Origin: Acidimicrobiales bacterium
Lineage (GTDB): Bacteria > Actinomycetota > Acidimicrobiia > Acidimicrobiales > GCA-2861595
Direction of reading: 5' to 3'
Assembly (NCBI GenBank): GCA_046596195.1
Contig: JBKJNA010000122.1
Coordinates: forward strand, 1-61,554
Length of the DNA: 61,554 bases
Part shown: positions 59,284 through 61,554 of the stretch, one piece after another
How positions within the stretch are numbered: the stretch's first letter is position 1
How the letters are laid out: each line of letters begins with the position of its first letter
Notes under the pieces: model-generated
Database searches by the model: none
What the model was told of the DNA's origin: nothing
The model's input: the letters and a program-made list of their open reading frames with translations, nothing else
Translations under genes and position numbers: made by a program

Positions 59284-60861
59284 TCAACGCACCTGATCGG
59301 CGGCAACGAAGGACGTCACGTCGTCCGCTACCGAGCCCGCCGGGAACGTCGCCACCGCGTCGGCCACGCCGGTGATTTCGTCGAGGAACGCTCCGTGGGC
59401 ACCCCGCGCCGGGTCCTCGGTCGTGCCTTCGACGAACACGACGGCGAAGCGCGCGGGCCGGCCGTCGGGCTTGCGCCGCAGGACCCGTCCCATGCGCTGG
59501 ATCATCTGCCTCTTGCTCCGGCTGGCCGCCAGGATGATCCCGAGATCGGCGGCGGGCACGTCGACGCCCTCGTCGAGCACTTGGGGAGCGGTAACGGCCC
59601 GGAGGTCGCCGCCCGCGTACCGGTCCAGCACCGACCGCCGAGCGCTCCTGTCCAGCGCCGAATGGACGGCCGCCGCCGACAGCCCCTCCGACCGAAGGAC
59701 CGCCGCCGCCTCCTCCGCCCCGGCGATGCTCTGCGTGAACACGATCGCACGGTCGGCGGCCCGCACGGCCGGCGCCAGCCGGGCCAGCGCTGCCGCCTTG
59801 GCCGGCGTCTCGGACAGGAGCCGGCGGCGGTCCTGCATCGCCCACAAATACTGCCGTGCCACCTTCGTTGCGCCGTCATCACCACCACTGCGCGCCAGGC
59901 GGGCCACCGCCTCCAGGAACAGCCCGATCGGCTCGGCCGGAACGAGATGGCTTGCCACCAGACGGGACCGGGCGGCCGACATCACCGTGGAGAGCTCGTC
60001 GTACTCGGCCCGCTCGTGGGGTTCGAACGCCACAGCCACCAGCGCAACCCGCACCCGGGCGATGACTCCATCGGCGATGGCGCGCCGGTACCCCAGCCGG
60101 AAGCAGGTGCCCCCGAAGTAGGGGTCGAGCCAGGTGAGATGTCCGTCATCGGCTCGGGCGTAGGTGGCGCTGAGGCCGAGCCGGCGCGGGAAGCGGGCCT
60201 CGAGGACCAGGCGATTGCCCTCGGAGCCGTACCGGTGGCACTCGTCCGCCACCAACAGCCCGCCTGGGCGGCGAGGCCTGAGATCGGCCTCCCGGGCCGA
60301 GTTCACCACGGCAACCAGCACGTCGACCCGACCGAGGCTCGCTGTATTGGCGTCCCCCAGCAGCCCGAGGCTGACCCCCGGCGCCAGTTTCGGGGCGAGC
60401 ACGCCGGCCCACTGGCGGAGCAACTCGGTGGTGGGAACCACCACGCATGCCTGGCCGCGTGCGGCGACCTCCTCCAGGACGGCCGCCACACCGACGATGG
60501 ACTTTCCGGCACCGGTGACGGCCTCCACGACGCCCCGCCGGCCCTGGCGGCGCCACGCCCCGAGGGCGTCGACCTGCCACACGTGCAGCGGTGGCATGGC
60601 GCCGAGCGCCGGCGCCACGCCGGCCGCCGGCACCGGCGCATCAGGCACCGGCGATGGGACCACGGCATGGGTGGTCGGCCACCACCGGGGCGGCTCGGCG
60701 CCGTCGTGGTGAAAGCGTCGCGGGAACGTGGTGAGGACGCGGCTCACGTCCCCGGCAGTGAGGGAAACCCGACCGGTCGAGCGGAGGGCGTCTCGCACCT
60801 CGACTGCCGTCCGGCCGGGCGCCGCCTCCAGGACGGCAGCCACCTCGTCGACACCACTCAC
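59284..60861 (-). CDS. SF2 DEAD/DEAH-box helicase (ResIII + Helicase_C) with N-terminal wHTH-like domain and Pro/Ala linker
   Basis: GTG at 60861 in ORF 59284-61080. Motif I is VTGAGKSIVG, motif II LVADECHRYGS, motif III LGLSATYAR, motif V LDEGVDVPAADL, motif VI QRMGRVLRR. The start lies 4 nt after the upstream ATPase stop. Confidence 0.85.
   Translation of the reverse strand: MSGVDEVAAVLEAAPGRTAVEVRDALRSTGRVSLTAGDVSRVLTTFPRRFHHDGAEPPRWWPTTHAVVPSPVPDAPVPAAGVAPALGAMPPLHVWQVDALGAWRRQGRRGVVEAVTGAGKSIVGVAAVLEEVAARGQACVVVPTTELLRQWAGVLAPKLAPGVSLGLLGDANTASLGRVDVLVAVVNSAREADLRPRRPGGLLVADECHRYGSEGNRLVLEARFPRRLGLSATYARADDGHLTWLDPYFGGTCFRLGYRRAIADGVIARVRVALVAVAFEPHERAEYDELSTVMSAARSRLVASHLVPAEPIGLFLEAVARLARSGGDDGATKVARQYLWAMQDRRRLLSETPAKAAALARLAPAVRAADRAIVFTQSIAGAEEAAAVLRSEGLSAAAVHSALDRSARRSVLDRYAGGDLRAVTAPQVLDEGVDVPAADLGIILAASRSKRQMIQRMGRVLRRKPDGRPARFAVVFVEGTTEDPARGAHGAFLDEITGVADAVATFPAGSVADDVTSFVAADQVR
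60607..60664 (+). repeat. 58-bp direct repeat, copy 2 (inside helicase linker-coding region)
   Basis: CGCCGGCGCCACGCCGGCCGCCGGCACCGGCGCATCAGGCACCGGCGATGGGACCACG. On the minus strand it encodes ...VVPSPVPDAPVPAAGVAPA.... Confidence 0.9.
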
Positions 60862-60865
60862 CTGA

Positions 60866-61554
60866 TCATGTTGCGGCGGCCTCCTCGCCACCACCGGGGC
60901 TACCGGCGCCGTCGGGCCCGGGATCGAGGTCGTTGTCCTCGGTGAAGTCCATGACAACCTCGCTGGCCACCAGGTCGGGTTGGTACGACGGGTCGATGTG
61001 GCGGATGTCCCACTCGGTGATCCATGCCCGCACGTACTGGCGCATCCGGTTGGACGGCAGGCGCTCGAGCCCTTCGACATCGGGCGGGTCCCAGCCGAAC
61101 GCCTCGCCGTGGACCTGGCGAAGCTTGGTGTAGGTGCGGTCCAGCGCGTCCCGGTCGGGCGGTTGGAGCTTGACCTGGTCGCGCTCCATGATGCGCATGC
61201 CCGCCTCGGCCGTCGTGGCCAGCAGGTCGTGCTCGGCGGTGCCCTTCATGCGCAGGCGCTTGGGGACGAGCTCGATGTCGTTCTTGCCGGCGAGCACCTG
61301 GGTCTCGAAGTCGTCGACGCTGGTGAGCACGGCGCACAGGGGCGCGCCCGGGTCCTCCCGATCGCCCCGCACCCATCGGGCCACCTCGCCGTAGGACTTG
61401 GCCCGCTGCAGGAACGAGTACCGCCCGATGAGCTCGACCTCGTCGAGGAGCACGACCCATCCCTCGTAGCCGGCGGCCCGGACGAGCCGGGGCACGAAGC
61501 GGAACCGCTGGAGGGCGAGGTCGCGCTCCTTGGCTGCCGCCAGCCGATAGGTGG
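60866..61554 (-). CDS. P-loop NTPase, C-terminal part (5' end beyond window); possibly BrxD/DUF2791-like
   Basis: The frame is open to the window edge: ...TYRLAAAKERDLALQRFRFVPRLVRAAGYEGWVVLLDEVELIGRYSFLQRAKSYGEVARW.... This includes a Walker-B-like VVLLDEVE. The gene is co-directional with, and 4 nt from, the helicase gene. The family assignment is from memory only. Confidence 0.6.
   Translation of the reverse strand, partial: TYRLAAAKERDLALQRFRFVPRLVRAAGYEGWVVLLDEVELIGRYSFLQRAKSYGEVARWVRGDREDPGAPLCAVLTSVDDFETQVLAGKNDIELVPKRLRMKGTAEHDLLATTAEAGMRIMERDQVKLQPPDRDALDRTYTKLRQVHGEAFGWDPPDVEGLERLPSNRMRQYVRAWITEWDIRHIDPSYQPDLVASEVVMDFTEDNDLDPGPDGAGSPGGGEEAAAT

Overview
Very G+C-rich, actinobacterial-type chromosomal segment. 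The gene order is typical of Actinomycetota; a finer placement such as Acidimicrobiia is only a guess. Positions 1-17.2 kb hold the end of tuf and then an uninterrupted S10-spc-alpha ribosomal superoperon: rpsJ to rplO, secY, adk, map, infA, rpmJ, rpsM-K-D, rpoA, rplQ, truA. Many junctions are translationally coupled through TGATG or GTGA overlaps. Positions 17.3-21.2 kb hold a DUF1385 protein, an FGGY-kinase remnant, ilvA, a membrane protein, a broken Flp-like ORF and a lipoprotein. Positions 21.3-35.2 kb hold the conserved block rplM-rpsI-glmM, an unusually long glmS-like gene, acpS, nnr, a family-4 UDG, tsaE-tsaB-rimI-tsaD, and then a perfect CIRCE operator with groES-groEL. Positions 35.2-53.6 kb hold a GAF protein, guaB3-type and guaA genes, an ArsR regulator, a secreted M15 peptidase with six repeats, pstS/fused pstCA/pstB, pcrA, a PadR regulator, a stand-alone B12-binding mutase domain, sucCD, a methyltransferase and an SF2 helicase. 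From about 53.6 kb to the window end the character changes to an accessory, defence-island-like region with patchy lower G+C. It contains a decayed AbrB/PIN toxin-antitoxin pair, an ATPase remnant, an uncharacterised overlapping two-gene cassette, a cytosine-methyltransferase fragment, a pRiA4b-ORF3-like gene and a broken DUF222/HNH gene. It also contains a 58-bp direct repeat pair, an AlbA_2/HATPase_c_4-type protein, and a tightly coupled P-loop ATPase-SF2 helicase operon that runs off the window. I recognised no rRNA, tRNA or CRISPR array. Most long alternate-frame and antisense ORFs in the track are G+C-driven shadows of the real genes.
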